Origin: the human T2T-CHM13v2.0 reference genome, Homo sapiens
Length of the DNA: 64,000 bases
Strand: one strand, 5' to 3'
NCBI RefSeq assembly: GCF_009914755.1
Contig: NC_060941.1
Part shown: one piece after another, positions 43,807 through 62,599 of the stretch
How positions within the stretch are numbered: position 1 is the first letter of the stretch
How the letters are laid out: every line of letters begins with the position of its first letter
Program-made: the position numbers and the translations under genes
Notes under the pieces: model-generated
Databases searched by the model: none
What the model was told of the DNA's origin: nothing
Seen by the model: the letters and a program-made list of their open reading frames with translations, nothing else

Positions 43807-45361
43807 TCATATACGTGTGAGGTGTCAGGGCAAAGAATGGACATTGTGAAATAATGGACAACTCCAAAATTGTGCACACTTATTTGGAATGCACACCCAT
43901 AGACTGTGGGGTGCAAGTGCACACACACACGTGTACCTGCACACATGCACACACAGTCACCCTCCCCGCCCCCTTCATAACTGCCTTCTGCTGCCCTCTA
44001 ATGACCCCATATATGTTCATCTTATCTTCCTCCTAGGAGATTCCACTCCTCAAGGGCAATGGACTCCAAGAAACTTGGTGTTTTCTACAGCCTTAGCCTA
44101 AGTGGTCAAGAAAGCACGTGCTGCACGGCTGTCCACTTGGGCAGAATTAAAAAGGGACTCTACCTGTGGCTAAGTGATCACAGCAGCCCCTTGAATATGC
44201 AGGAATCCCCCACCCCTCGCTCAGCCACATTGGACGTTTTTAGAAGCTCAGCAGGGAGGGTTGAGGCAGCAATGCAGGAGATCCAGGCATCCTGTTTTCT
44301 TGGTAATAAAACCTATTTAAGGATTGAATCTCAAAAGCAGCTCCTAAGGGCTTCAGAAATTGCATCTTAAGGGTTTATCAGGACTTTCTGAGAACACTGT
44401 TGTTTTATTTCAGATTGTCAATAGTAGAAAGGGCAGAGCCTCTTCTGCCATCTGGAGGGTTGAGCGTCTCCCAGCTCCCTGGAACTTTGGGATGGTTTCG
44501 GGCCCCTGTGCCCCATGGCACGTGGATGCTTCAAGGCTAGTGGGGACAGTCTCTTCTGCTTTTGTGGTGACTCAAACGACACTGTGTTCTTAGGGGAAGG
44601 AATGGGGACTCGGGGCCGTTTAATGCCCCCTCCGAAGTGGGCATAGGGCCTGGACATCCACCCGTTAATTAATCCATTAAAGGGCAAATCAACCGACAGC
44701 CTCCTTATTATACAAAAAAGGGGAACAGTTTTGTTAATTCATTAGCTGGTTATTAAGTGAAAAGTCCCGAGTCCTGTTGGCATTTAACATCACAGAAGGA
44801 AATCCCCAGAAATGCTGATTTCTTTGGGATTTCCACATGCCAAATGATTTTCTGAGCATCAGCAGAAAAGGCCCTCAGGTCCATGCCCTTCCTCCTCCAT
44901 GACTCTGGCCCCTGCCTCAAGCCCCTCCCCCACCTTGGACCTGTTTTTCAAAACCACCAGCTGTCCCTAGAGTGTGGCTTCCCGCTCTTCCTTGACAAGG
45001 GGGCCCACCCTGGGACTTAGGGAGTTTTTACTTGGGTCTTTAGTTGGCTTTAGTGTTTCACCCAAGACCCTCGACGTAGTACTTGGTTATCACTGCTGGT
45101 CATTCAGTTTACTTGACTTTAGACCCTTCATCTGGTAGCAATGCTGAATGCTAATGCTTGATTGGAGTTTTTTAAGCAGCAGGCAAATCTCTGAATGGGA
45201 AAAGGAGCCGGTAGAAGGCATGACTCCTGGGTCACAGAGCTAGCTGGGCCTCTGTTCCTTTTGAGGTCTGGGACCGTGCATTGCACCTACGCGGGCAATA
45301 CAGGGCTTGATAAGCAGGAGTGTATCGGGCATCAGGATGAGCAGCGGCCCAGCATGTTTGA

Positions 45362-46604
<1,243 letters not shown>

Positions 46605-47121
46605 ACAGGACACGCATCTTTTGGAACTAGGTCCTCAGGATGCAGAGATGAAAGACATGTTCCAGCCTTCATGAGCTCATGCCTGGGATCTGCAGAATTC
46701 TCCGTTTTCCTTGACTCACTATCCGTCTTCATTGCTGGCCCCCATGCTTGCCTAAGTGCCCCTGCTGTGGTGCTGCCCCCTCCTCATCTTGCCTCTCACC
46801 CGGCTCCCACCCGACACCAACCTATGTCAGGGATCCAGGTTCAGATCCAAAGACCATACTCACCCCCAACCCCTCTTTCTCCTTTCTCCTGTTTGAATGC
46901 AGAGACGGATCTCTAGTGAGTGAGAGAATAAACTAATGACTAGCGAGGCAATCATATCGAACGTCTCCCCCAGGGCTATGTTCTCTGCCTTGTGTGGTCA
47001 CCACACACCGTCCTCCAGGTCCCACTGTCTCAGGGATCTTTCCCTCCCCTCCACACCCCAAACCCCATTTGGTTCCCCTGTTACACCTTCCACAGCAACT
47101 TGTATTTCTCTTCCATCTCTC

Positions 47122-47333
47122 CTACGGGCTGAGTATTCCGTATCTGGAATGCTTGGGACCAGAAGTATTTCAGATTTTGGATTTTTAAAGAGTTTGGACT
47201 ATTTGCATTATACTTAACCGACTGAGCATCCCTAATCCTCCCATGAGTATTTCCTTTGAGTGTCAGGTCAGTGCTCAAACAGTTTCGGAGTTTGGAGTAT
47301 TTTGGATTTTCAGATTTGGGATGCGCTGCCTAT
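47122..47333. mobile_element. Tigger4a (Zombi)-like MITE
   Basis: tgagtattccgtatctggaatgcttgggaccagaagtatttcagattttgga...cagatttgggatgc. Confidence 0.75.
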
Positions 47334-47937
47334 ACTAACTTTTTAAATAATCATCTTATTTATATTTTAGTTGCCTTTTTCTCTTTCCTGGTCTCAATTA
47401 GATGTTAAACTCCAAGAGGGTGGAAATCATATCTATTGTGCTCATTCCTCTGTCCCCAGTGCCCAGTTAGAGCTTAATAAATATTTAATGAATGAATGAA
47501 TGAATGAGTGAGTTACTTATCCAGCTCCAGTGATGTGCTGGTGCTGTGCCAGGGATTCAAACGTGAATTAGACATGTCCAGTCTCTGAGTGATTCCCAAG
47601 CTAGTGGGGAAACAGATATGTAAAAACATGGCTTTAATGCAGGTTGTTTGTATCTTATTAATACCGCAAGAAGCAGGGAAAAGGGCTATGGCAGGGATGG
47701 GGGCAGAGAGGAGGCAGCCAACCATGACCTGGGAGCAAAGGAGGAGGACTATTGGTGGCTTTGGAATTGGATCTTAAGAACTGATTAAGTGTTTTGGGGC
47801 AAGATAACAGGGAGAATACTGCTGAGAGAGGAATAACATAGATGAGGCACAGGAAGTAGGTGAGGTGCTTGGGACACTGGCATATAGAAAGAGTCTTTGA
47901 CAGGGAAGGAAGGTCAGGCTGGAAGGGACGGAGATAG

Positions 47938-48379
<442 letters not shown>

Positions 48380-49566
48380 TGATGCCAGGGTCTAGTGGAA
48401 GATGGCAAAATGGTGGGGCGGGGGACAAGTGGTTATTGCAGCAGTCCATTTCAGAGAGACCCCTTGCCCATCCATCCCCAGGGAGCCACCACCAGAGAGG
48501 CCAGTGGGCTGAGAGCTGCAGGTGTTCATTTCCCCCTGCATGAGGGAAGCCCTGCCTTCACCTCCAGGCCTGCCTCCCTCCACCCAGGCACCATCTGGGG
48601 ACACTTCTTGAGAGATGGGTGCCTCTCACCTGCCCTCTTCCATTTCGGATCAGATGATTTTCCCCAGCCTTAACGGTCCCTGCACCATAATCTTCTCCAC
48701 ACCCTGTCTCCACACCCTGCCCCATCCTCTTGCTCTCCTGGAATGTCCCCTCTGTCATCTTACTTGTTTTTTTCCTTCTCTACTCACCATTCCACTTGTT
48801 TTCCCACAAAAATAGCATGTGTTCCCTTTAGTAATCTCGGAAAACTGAGACAAGCAAACAAAAAAAAATCACCCTGAATTCCATCCCAGAGATAACCTGT
48901 TTTTTGTTGTTGTTGTTGTTGTTTTGTTTTTTGTTTATTTGAGACAGAGTCTTGCTCTGTTGCCTAGGCTGGAGTGCAGTGGCACAATCTGGGCTCACTG
49001 CAACCTCCGCCTCCTGGGTTCAAGCCATTCTCTTGCTGGCTGGGATTACAGGCACGCGTCACCATGCCTGGCTAATTTTTGTATTTTTAGTAGAGACAGG
49101 GTTTCACCATGTTGGCCAGGCTGGTCTTGAACTCCTGACCTCAGGTGATCCACCCACCTCGGCCTTCCAAAAGTTCTGGGATTACAAGTGTGAGGATAAC
49201 CTGTTTTAATACCTCCGAGTATGTTCTTCTAGCCTCATTCTATGCTGGTGCATAAACATATGTTTCCCTGGTTTTATTAAGGTATAGTTGAAATGAATGT
49301 GTTTTAGAAAACAAAAGTGGAGTCACACTGTGATATAATCAGTATTTTTTTAAAGCATCAGGTGTCCCCCCACTCTATTTTCCATTCAGCACAGGTGCAT
49401 AATGAAGAGGTGGCTTGCGGGACAGATGCCCCCAAGGGACTAGTCTGTGTGGGCTCTGCCTGATGCCATGTTTTGGAATCTAGCCTGGCATCAGGATGCA
49501 GGGAGAGAGGTACATCCTTGGGCATCATTTATGCTTACTACTGCTGGCATGTATTCAACATTCTTA

Positions 49567-49991
<425 letters not shown>

Positions 49992-51149
49992 CTACACAGT
50001 CATGAAATAACAAATCTGGAGGTTTGGATGCAGGATTCTCAAGCCTGTGCTCTTCATCAGCCTGTGCTCTGCCATCTCTCATAACTGCCTGTCTCTGTAA
50101 GCCTCTGGCTCAGGGTGCTAATGTGACTTTGATAATGGGTGAGAGTTTGGAAGATGATGATGGATGATGAAGGGTGGACAGCAGGACCACCCCTCGCCCA
50201 TACACATGGTGAGCTGATTTCTAAGAAAACAGCTGCAGTCTGTAGCATTTGCCAATTCCTGAGGTGTAAATACTCAATCTCACCATGGCTGATTTCCAGC
50301 TATGGAGATGTCACCGAATATGGCATTGAAAAATGATGGGCAGTAGCAAGCCATTGTGTGTTATTTCCACCACACAGATACAATAGATGTAAATAACCCC
50401 ATGAGCCTACATCATAGCAGAATGTAGTAGTTGGGAAGTGATAAATGGTGAGAATGTACTACTTTCAAAAAATATTATTGATTTATTTAATTTATTTTTT
50501 TTTTGAGACAGAGTCTCGCTCTGTCGCCCAGGCTGGAGTGCAGTGCACAATCTTGGCTCACTGCAACCTCTGCCTCCTGGTTTCAAGTGGTTCTCCCTGC
50601 CTCAGCCTCCCGAGTAGCTGGGATTACAGGCACCTGCCACCACGCCTGGCTAATTTTTGTATTTGTTAGTAGAGGCAGGGTTTTGCCATCTTGGCCCAGC
50701 TGGTCTCAAACTCCTGACCTCAAATGATCCGCCTGCCTCGGCCTCCCAAAGTGCTGGGATTACAGGTGTGATCCACTACGCCTGGCAAAAAAATAAAATA
50801 AAATAAAATTTATTTAATTGTGGACTTTTATAATTGAATTTTTAGCAATGGCCATGTTTAACAACTGGTTTGCAAAATACTTGAAATTTGAGCCAGATCT
50901 AGGCACCACTGCAATATGGAATCTACCTGAAAATTAAAAAAAGCCACCCCCACTGGCCAGGCACTGCCCTGTGCAGGGTAACCAGCCAGTAGATTGTAAG
51001 CTGGAAATAAGGACCCATTCACTCAGCAGGATGTCCTGATGCAGGCCACAACCTGCACAACTGTACATGACCATCCCTGGGAGAGTTGGCATCAGGCACT
51101 GCAAATCATTGCTGTACGAAAAAACTAGGCAAGAATGGAGATGTTTTCT

Positions 51150-51222
51150 ATCTGCACTGTCCAAGCTGCTAGCCTCTAGCCACCTGCTGCTGCTGAGCAT
51201 TTGAAATGTGGCTAGGAATTTA

Positions 51223-51259
<37 letters not shown>

Positions 51260-51710
51260 TTTATTGTGGGTATGTATATATACAGATATATATAATCATA
51301 AAATGTTACCATCTTAACCATTTTAAATGTAAAGTTCTGTCGCATTAAACATTCACTTTGTTTTGCAACAATTACCACTATCCATCTTCAGAACTGTTTC
51401 ATTTTTTCTAACTGAAACTGTACCCATGAAACATAAACTGCCCAGTTTTTCTTCCCCGCAGTGCCCCGCCACTCACCATCCTACCTTCTCTCTATGAATT
51501 TGACTATTATGGGTACCTCACACAAGTGGAATCATACAATTATTTGTTTCTTGGTGACTGGATTATTTCACTTAGCATAATATTTTCCGGGTCCACCCAT
51601 GTGCTAGCGTGTGGGCCATGGAACTTTTAATATGATTTAATTTTCATTAATTTAAATCTAAATAGGTACATGTGACTTGTGGCTGCTGCCCTGAACAACA
51701 CAACTCTAGC
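51150..51710. mobile_element. MER3-like element split by an antisense L1MB-like 3' end (about 51257-51615) with (TG)15 at 51227-51256
   Basis: tgagcatttgaaatgtggctag on the left flank. L1 phrases ttaccatcttaaccattttaa and aagtggaatcatacaa inside. Confidence 0.65.
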
Positions 51711-53098
51711 AATGTTGCAGAGAAAGTGTGGATTAAAATGGGGAAGGCAGACGCCCCTGTCTTGGGACTTGTGTCCAGGGTTTTATGCATAGCAAAGAGA
51801 ACTGAGTGCAAGCACAGTCCCAGGCGGCAGACCCTGGGAGCCAGGGTGCAGGGGGGATTTGAGGGCACAGTTGGCTATAGAGCAAGGCTGTAAGGTGGTG
51901 TAAACCAGGGTGAGCTAAGGAGAACCCTGGGGCCAACTGAATCTCTGCGTGAACTAGTATGAAAGGGCCATGCATCTACCCCCACCAGAATGTTGTTGAC
52001 TCTGTACTCTCCCAATACCCTTGTTTGGTGTCCTCTGAAAGACCCCCCATGGATGGATCTGTGGGAGAGGGGCCCCCTGAAGGTCCCTGCCACCGTTGTG
52101 ATTCTGCAGCTGCTCTTGGCTGGGAGTAGGACTGGGACCTTTGCTTGGAAGCCACGCCAGCTCCCTCCAAGCCTTTCATTCTGCACTTTCCAGGGAAATC
52201 AGGATGAGTACAGAGGCAGCCGAACAACAAGGCCTCTGACAGATCCCTGATCTAGATGTTACCTGGTGGTCATATGTGTCCTTGAAATTCCTGTGATCAA
52301 CTTGAGACAACCATTTATCTCTTAGAAAGGAACAAGGCTGGCCAGGCACAGTGGCTCACGCCTGTAATCCCAGCACTTTGGGAGGCCGAGGAGGGCAGCT
52401 CACCCGAGGTCAGGAGTTTGAGGCCAACCTAGCCAACGTAGCAAAACCCCATCTCTACTAAAAATACAAAATTAGACGGGCATGGGGGTGGGCACCTGTA
52501 ATTCCAGCTACTCAGGAGGCTGAGGCGGGAGTATCGCTTGAACCCAGGAGGCGGAAGTTGCAGTGTGACAATATCGCGCCACTGCACTCCAGCCTGGGCG
52601 ACAAGAGTGCGACTCTGTCTCCAAAAAAAAGAAAGAAAGGAATGAGAGGCTGAGAATGGACAGGATAGTCTGGATGCTGCAAAATAAAATTTAAAGGTGT
52701 GTGTGTGTGCCTTAGACTTTACAGTGTGGCAGTTAAGAGCAAGATTCGGACATGTAACTAATTGCATATCCTGGGCAAGTCCTTTAATCTCTAAGCTTCT
52801 GATTCTTCATCTGAAAAACGGGGCTATGATGAGGACGAACCTAGACAATGTGATTCCCATATAATAAGCTCTCAGTAAATGATAAGGGATAGTAACTGTT
52901 ATTACAATTCTCATTTTTAATTGGCTAACCAGATTGCTTTCACATTTCCTTGGAAGATTCTGGATAAATGTGTCCTTCTTGAGCCCGTGGGGCAGAAGGA
53001 GCTTTGGGGATTTTCCTGGAGGAGAGGGAGGATCCCTGAGGCACCAGATGAGCCAGGAGAGCCTTCTGCAGAGTCACCTCTTGGTTCTCCTGTTTCAG

Positions 53099-53295
53099 CA
53101 CCAGCGGGAGGCCCTTCCTGCTCTATGTGGCTCTGGCCCACATGCACGTGCCCTTACCTGTGACTCAGCTACCAGCAGCGCCACGGGGCAGAAGCCTGTA
53201 TGGTGCAGGGCTCTGGGAGATGGACAGTCTGGTGGGCCAGATCAAGGACAAAGTTGACCACACAGTGAAGGAAAACACATTCCTCTGGTTTACAG
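53099..53295 (+). CDS. ARSG: ARSG coding exon 7 (197 nt): (S)[65 protein letters not shown](G)
   Basis: ctcctgtttcag|C ... ACAG|gtaaa. Contains the PFLLY...HxH and EMD..VG motifs typical of arylsulfatases. Confidence 0.96.
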
Positions 53296-53828
53296 GTAAA
53301 GTAGTAAAAGCCAGCCAGCCTAACTGCCATTTAATAGACAACCTTGCACATTACCTGTGAAGAGCAGAGTCTGGCCCCGTGATCCCCTTTCATAGGTCAG
53401 GAGGCTTGCTTTGAACTTGTGGCCCAGATAAGGCTTGCTGGCCTGAATGCTGAGCACCTGTCCATTGGGGCCTCCAAGGCCAAGTCCCTGGAAAGGTTTG
53501 CACACACAGAGCAGCCACCTTGCTGGCCCGTTGTGTGTCGATTCAGGCTATCTGGGTATTGCTCTTAATTGCCATTGAATGACATTGACATTGTGAGCCT
53601 GTGTTGTCCCTGTGCAGTTCTAAGATTTCCCTCTTCTCCATCTTCCCTGGTCCCAAAGATTCTACTTGCTGCCACTCCCCGTGTCACGTCTTTTGGCTGA
53701 GTGGCCTTAGCGAGCTGAACTAGTGGCCTCTTTAAAGGCCTCACACATGCATTGTGTATTTTAGGTTTCTGTCTGGAGCGACTGCAGAGGTTATAAGCAC
53801 TGCTTTTGGCCAGGTTGACTCACACCTA

Positions 53829-54116
<288 letters not shown>

Positions 54117-54586
54117 TCAAGTAGAGACTTATACTCTCTACCGTGCAGTGAAGGTGTTATAAACTCCTACAGGGTTTGAATCTATACTCTACTATTGGGG
54201 GAATTCCCTTAATCTCTCAGTCTCCTTTTCCTCATCTGCAAAATTAAGCTAATAACCGAATCTACTCCATAGCATGTTGGAGGATTATGAGATGATGTAT
54301 GTGAAACACTGGGTGCATAATAGATGCTCAATAAACAGTTGCTGGGCTGAAGCTGATGACGGTGGCAATGAGATTGCTGAAACCTTACAAAAAGGCAAGA
54401 GAGGAAAGAGGAAGGAAGAGGAGGAAAGGCAAGGAAGGCAAGAGGCTCACGATGGGACTGGGTTGGGGCAGGAAAAGGCCACCTGTCTCTGAAAGCCCAG
54501 TAGAGACACATCTCATATCAAGGGTTGTTCTTCACGGATGGGAATCATATTTGTCTTTATTTATTTATATTTATTTATTTTTTTAG

Positions 54587-54802
<216 letters not shown>

Positions 54803-54975
54803 TGATCTGCTTGCCTCCGCCTCCCAAAGTGCTGGATTACAAGCGTGAGCCACTGCACTAGGCCCATGTTTGTCTTTATAAGTCCTTTTTCTATCTAGTT
54901 CCTGCTCTGCGCAAGGGATATAGGGCCAGAGTGGGAGGGTCAGCGAAAGTGTCCAACCAGCCTGGTGACCATTAA

Positions 54976-55116
<141 letters not shown>

Positions 55117-56717
55117 TGAGCCCAGGCTGGGGTGTGGGATTCTGCCTCCGGGTGGGGGACAACTTATATCTGGGCCTTAGGGTCATCATTGTGAAACAGG
55201 GACACATTTGCTCACCAGCCACCAGCACCCAGACAAGAAGGAACAAGTAGTGGTGGAGAAAACGACTGCTCAGTTTGGACCATCCCTGTCTCTCCTTTCC
55301 TCCTAGAACTTCCCAAAGGCGACCAGCCCTCCACCCAACGAGCCAGTCTACCTACAAACATTCCAACAAATGAGCTTTGTCTTTACTTTCATCCTGTTCC
55401 CTTGCTCTTCCTCCTTCCTTTTTAAAACTTCATCCCTCCATCCATCTAACCATTAATTTATTTCATCCATTCAAAAAATATTTAGTGTACAACTGTACAA
55501 GGTTTTTAATGTACATTGTCTCCAGTTCTTACAAGAGTGAGAGGGTGGCAGTCATAGCTCCATTTACAGATGAAGAAAAAGAGAGGCTAGGCCGGGCGCG
55601 GTGGCTCACGCCTGTAATCCCAGCACTTTGGGAAGCCCAGGCCGGCGGATCACGAGGTCAGGAGATGGAGACCATCCTGGCTAACACGGTGAAACCCCAT
55701 CTCTACTAAAAATACAAAAAATTAGCCGGGCGTGGTGGCGGGCGCCTGTAGTCCCAGCTACTCAGGAGGCTGAGGCAGGAGAATGGCGTGAACCTGGGAG
55801 GCGGAGCTTGCAGAGACAGAGCTGAGATCTGCACTCCAGCCTGGGCGAGAGTGTGAGACTCCGTCTCAAAAAAAAAAAAAAAAAAAAGAAGGAGAGAGGC
55901 TCAGAGAGGGTAAGTAATTTGCCCATGTCACACAGTTTGTGAGGAGGGAGCCAGGTTTTCCACTGAAGTTAAAGTTGGTGCTCGCCCTGTTGTACCATAA
56001 TGCTTCTCACAGCTGCCTCTGTCTCTATTTCAACATCTTCCAACTTCCAACTCAGCTCCCATCTGCTCTGGGAGAGCTTTGCCACAAGGACCTCACTTTC
56101 TGAGACTGCAGCCATGTTGGGGACAATTTGACATATGGACCAAATGCTTGAAAAATACGCATATCATTTGATGCATCAATTCCTCCTGTAAGAATTTGTC
56201 TTAAGGAAATAATTAGGCACATGCTCAATGACATACGAAAAAGGATGCTCATTGCAGTGAATTTTTTTCATAGTTGGACATAACCCAAGTGTCTAGTAAG
56301 AAGATAGTGCTTAAAGAAATTATTATACCTCCATTAAAAGGAATAACAAAGAACCACTAAAATAATTCATATTTATTGACTTGGAAACATTTACATGAAA
56401 TATTTTTAAATGAATAAAGCAGGTTCCAGTATGGAACAATATGTAAAGTATGATTTTATTATATAAAAATAATCACATGTAGACTCAAAAAAATCTTGAA
56501 AGAGTCAATAAAGGGTAACAAAACATTAGCAGTAATTACCTCTGGGCAGCGGAGGGAGAGTTGAAGGGGTGAATTTCCCCCCACAATAAACTGGTATTGT
56601 TTGTTTCATATAAATTAAATGTTTAGGAGGTATTTGTGTCCAAGAGGTTCAGAGGTGGACCTGGCAAGTTTACCCTCATTGAGGGATGTGTGGGGCAGAA
56701 TTTTAGATCTGGGACTG

Positions 56718-57260
56718 TGTATTAGTCCACAGACTAATACACACAATCGCACCATTCTTGAATTAGAGGGAACCAAAAAGGTCTATCTGTCTGTCTGTCT
56801 GCCAGTTCTATCTAACTGTCATCTATCTATCTATCTATCAATTGATCGATCGATCGATCGAAACACCAATACTCCAAGAGATAAAATAAACTCACATTGC
56901 TATAAAGAACTACCTGAGACAGGGTAATTTATAAAGAAAAGAGGTTTAATTGACTCACAGTTCTGTAGGCTGTACAGGAAGCATGGCTAGGGAGGCCTCA
57001 GGAAACTTACAATCATGGCAGAAGGCGAAGGGGAAGCGTGTATGTCCTACATGTTTGGAGCAGGAGGAAGAGAGTGAAGGGGAAGGCGCCACACACTTTT
57101 AAACAGCCAAGGCTAATGAGAATTCACTCACCATCATGAGAACAGCAAAGGGAAAATCCGCTCTCATGACCCAGTCGCCTTCCACCAGGCCCCTCCTCCA
57201 ACACTGGGGATTACAATTCGTCATGAGATTTGGGTGGGGACACAGAGCCAAACCGTATCA
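56718..57260 (-). mobile_element. MSTA-like MaLR LTR with a roughly 160-bp insertion near its terminus
   Basis: tgtattagtcca [insert] ctcacattgctataaagaactacctgagac...gagatttgggtggggacacagagccaaaccgtatca. Near-TSD gactg/ggctg. Confidence 0.82.
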
Positions 57261-57378
57261 GGCTGTTTTCCCTGCTGTCAAACTCAATCCTGACCTATGA
57301 CCCTCAGCTGTCTCCAGGAGGTCTCCACTAGCACTCCCGTCATCGTATTAGTCTGGCAGGATAATTGTAGTTACCTAG

Positions 57379-58075
<697 letters not shown>

Positions 58076-58503
58076 TAACCTATTGTCCCTTGGATCAGAT
58101 ATCTTGAGAACTTTAGGAGCAAGTGGCTGCAGGACTGTGGCCATATCTTGTGTCTGGAAATTTGAGTCGGGGTCAGGAGAGCTGAGTACCACCTCCCACT
58201 AACCTTTTCAGTGACCAGATTATTTTATCTCTTGGAGTATTGGTGTTTCTCACTCTCACTCTCTCTCTCTATATATATATGTATAGATCTTTTTGGTCCT
58301 CTTCAGTTCAAAAATGCTGTGATTTAGTTGTGATTTCTGGAGAGTTGGGTCAAAAGAAGATGCTAAGGAGGACTGGAGGTGGATGGGGGTGTGTCAAGAA
58401 ACAGGAGCCAGCCAGGCGCGGTGGCTCACACCTGTAATCCCAGCACTTTGGGAGGCCGAGGCGGGCGGATCATGAGGTCAGGAGATCGAGACCATCCTGA
58501 CTA

Positions 58504-58767
<264 letters not shown>

Positions 58768-59037
58768 TTACAATTCCTCCTTTCTGTACCTGGGACACCC
58801 TTGGGCCAGGCTGTCATCTTCAGTGTTCAGTTAGAAAGCCTGGAATAGCCTGGTGTCAGAAGCCCCAAGGCTAAAAGTCCAGAAGGTGTGGAGACCATGG
58901 ATGCAGGGGGAAGGATCTGTAAGTAAGTGGCTTCTCCGTGGGGAGAAGAATTTACCTACTGATCTCCTATCTGAGGACTTGCCTTATTGATCTCTTCTCT
59001 CTTTATGAGGCAGTTTTGAAATAGTGAGTCAGGCTTA

Positions 59038-59499
<462 letters not shown>

Positions 59500-59599
59500 C
59501 TATTCCTCCTATTTGTTGAGCACCTACTGTGTGCCAGGAACTATGCTTAGTGCTGGTGCCACAAAGATCAACAAAGCCCCAACCGCAAGGAATAATAGT

Positions 59600-60185
59600 C
59601 TAGAATAGTGTTTCTTTGATTTTAATATGCAGACAGTCCCCTGGGGATCTTGCTAACATACAGTTCTGACCCAAGAGGGCTGGGTTGCTGATGGGAGTTT
59701 TGCATTTCTAAGGTTCTCCTAGGTGACGCTGATGTGGTTGGTCCAGGGACCAAACTTTGAGAACCACCAGTCCAGAACATCTACATCTAGACCATGAGTC
59801 TAGAATCATCTGAGTGTAGAACTTTCAACTTTAGACCAATGGTTATCAAAGTGTGGTCCCTAACCAGCATCATTAGCACCACCTGAGAAATTGTTAACAG
59901 TACAAATTTTAGGGCTTCACCCCGGGCCAAAAGAATCAGAAGCACTCGGGATGGGTCCCAGGAATCTGTGTTTAAACAAGTCCTTTGGGCGATAATGCAG
60001 GTTAAAATTTGAGAACTACCTGTCTAGAGCTACACAGTCTGGTATGTCAGGCACTAGCTACATATAGCTATTTAAATTAAAATTAATACAATTTAATTAA
60101 AATTCAATTCCTTGGTCACACCAGCCACACTTCCAGGGCTCAGTAGCCATATGTGGCTAGTGGCTACCATATTGGGTAGCAAATA
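59600..60185. mobile_element. MER5A/B and MER3-like hAT fragments
   Basis: tgcatttcta...ggtccagggaccaaactttgagaacc; caaagtgtggtccc; ctcagtagccatatgtggctagtggctacc. Confidence 0.6.
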
Positions 60186-60654
60186 GGCTTCCCTGGGGGT
60201 GATTTGTGTTTTGAAGAATGAGTAGGAGACAGCCAGGAATTGGCAGGAGAAGAGGCTCTGGGCGAGGGCAGCAGCCCGGGCAGGGGTGGGAACATCGGGG
60301 AGTAGGAGCCGCTCCCTAGAGCTGCCCCTGTGTCTGTGAGTCTGGAGTTTGTGGCGACCAAGGAGAATAGCGAGAGATGGGGCCAGCGTTCAACGATCTT
60401 TTCAGTTTGGCTTTTATTTTAAGGAAATGTGGAACCATGGGAAGATTTTAAGAGTGGGAGGGACATTATTTAATGTTAAATATGGAGGTGAAATTTACAT
60501 CACATAAAATTAACATTTTAAGTTGTTCAGTTAAGTAGCACTTAGCACCTTCCCAATGTTGTGCAACGACCACATCTGTCTAGTTCCAAAACACTTTTAT
60601 CACCTCAAAAGAAAACCCTATATCCTTTAATTAATTAATTAATTAATATTTTAG

Positions 60655-61131
<477 letters not shown>

Positions 61132-61307
61132 TAAAATATATATATTTATTTTATTTAACCCCATATCCTTTAAACAGTTGCTCACCATTTCCCACTCCCC
61201 CTCCAGCATACTATTCAATTTTTTTTTAAAAGATCCCTCTTATATCAGGGGAGCTGAGAACAAGGAGAAGGGCAAGTACCAGCCTCATTTCCACTGATCC
61301 AAAATGA

Positions 61308-61729
<422 letters not shown>

Positions 61730-61825
61730 TGAGGAAACTGAGGCCAAGGAGAATGGAAGGCATCCCCGAGGCCAGCCAGCAATGGAGGGGTCCACATCCT
61801 CTGACCATCACTGGCTCATTCTCCA

Positions 61826-61837
61826 AGTCACGTGACT
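61826..61837. promoter_or_regulatory. Perfect CLEAR/E-box palindrome AGTCACGTGACT (candidate TFEB/TFE3/MITF/USF site)
   Basis: GTCACGTGAC read directly at 61827-61836. Function is inferred. Confidence 0.5.
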
Positions 61838-62599
61838 GCTCTCACGCACACCTTGTTATACCCGACTCCTCAGCCACCTGGAAAATCCTATCTTGCTCTT
61901 TGAACCTAGCAATTGTCAAGGAAAAGTCTTTAGCCCTTGCAACAGTCTGAATCTTTCTACAGCGGTGGGAGGCAGAGAGGGTTTGGAGGCTCAGGCTGGG
62001 CTTGAATCTTGACTCAGCTCAGGGCTCAGCATCCTCTTCTCATTAGGTGGGGTTGTGGACCATTCTCCATGGACTGTTGGGAGAATCAGTGGGGGTACTG
62101 CCCAGGAGGCTCCCAGCCTTGCACCTGGCCTCTAATGATAACCCCCATTAGACTAAATTTCTTCATTCCTGGCTGAAACAACCTGGCGGGACCCCACCCA
62201 TAGAAGCATTAGAAGGGGATTGGCAAACACCCTGAAAAAGATTCCCCCACAAAAGGATCAGGCAACTTAAATCGCATACAGATAACTTTAAAAGTGTTCA
62301 GGAACTCTTGGGAAACTTTGTTCTGAAGCTGAATTTCAGGCACCTCAAGATAACATTCTTTTTTGGGGCAAGGCCTTCCCAGTAACTCTGATGTGGGATC
62401 GGTGGGTGACAGCACTTGAATTCATGATCGGGCTGGGGCTGGATGCCATTGCCCTCTTTTCTTGGGAGTCTGAAAGTGAACTTTGCCTGAAAGGCTGCTG
62501 CCTGGGGGTAAATACTTCTTCTTCCTCAGTCTCCAAAGCGGCTTCCTGTCAACTAACTATTCCACAGCCTCCTTCTTCCTCTCTGCCTGGAATGCTGCT

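Noticed and set aside
52917-53257. Overlapping alternative-frame and antisense ORFs around exon 7
   Set aside because: Shadow ORFs of a GC-rich exon with no independent evidence.
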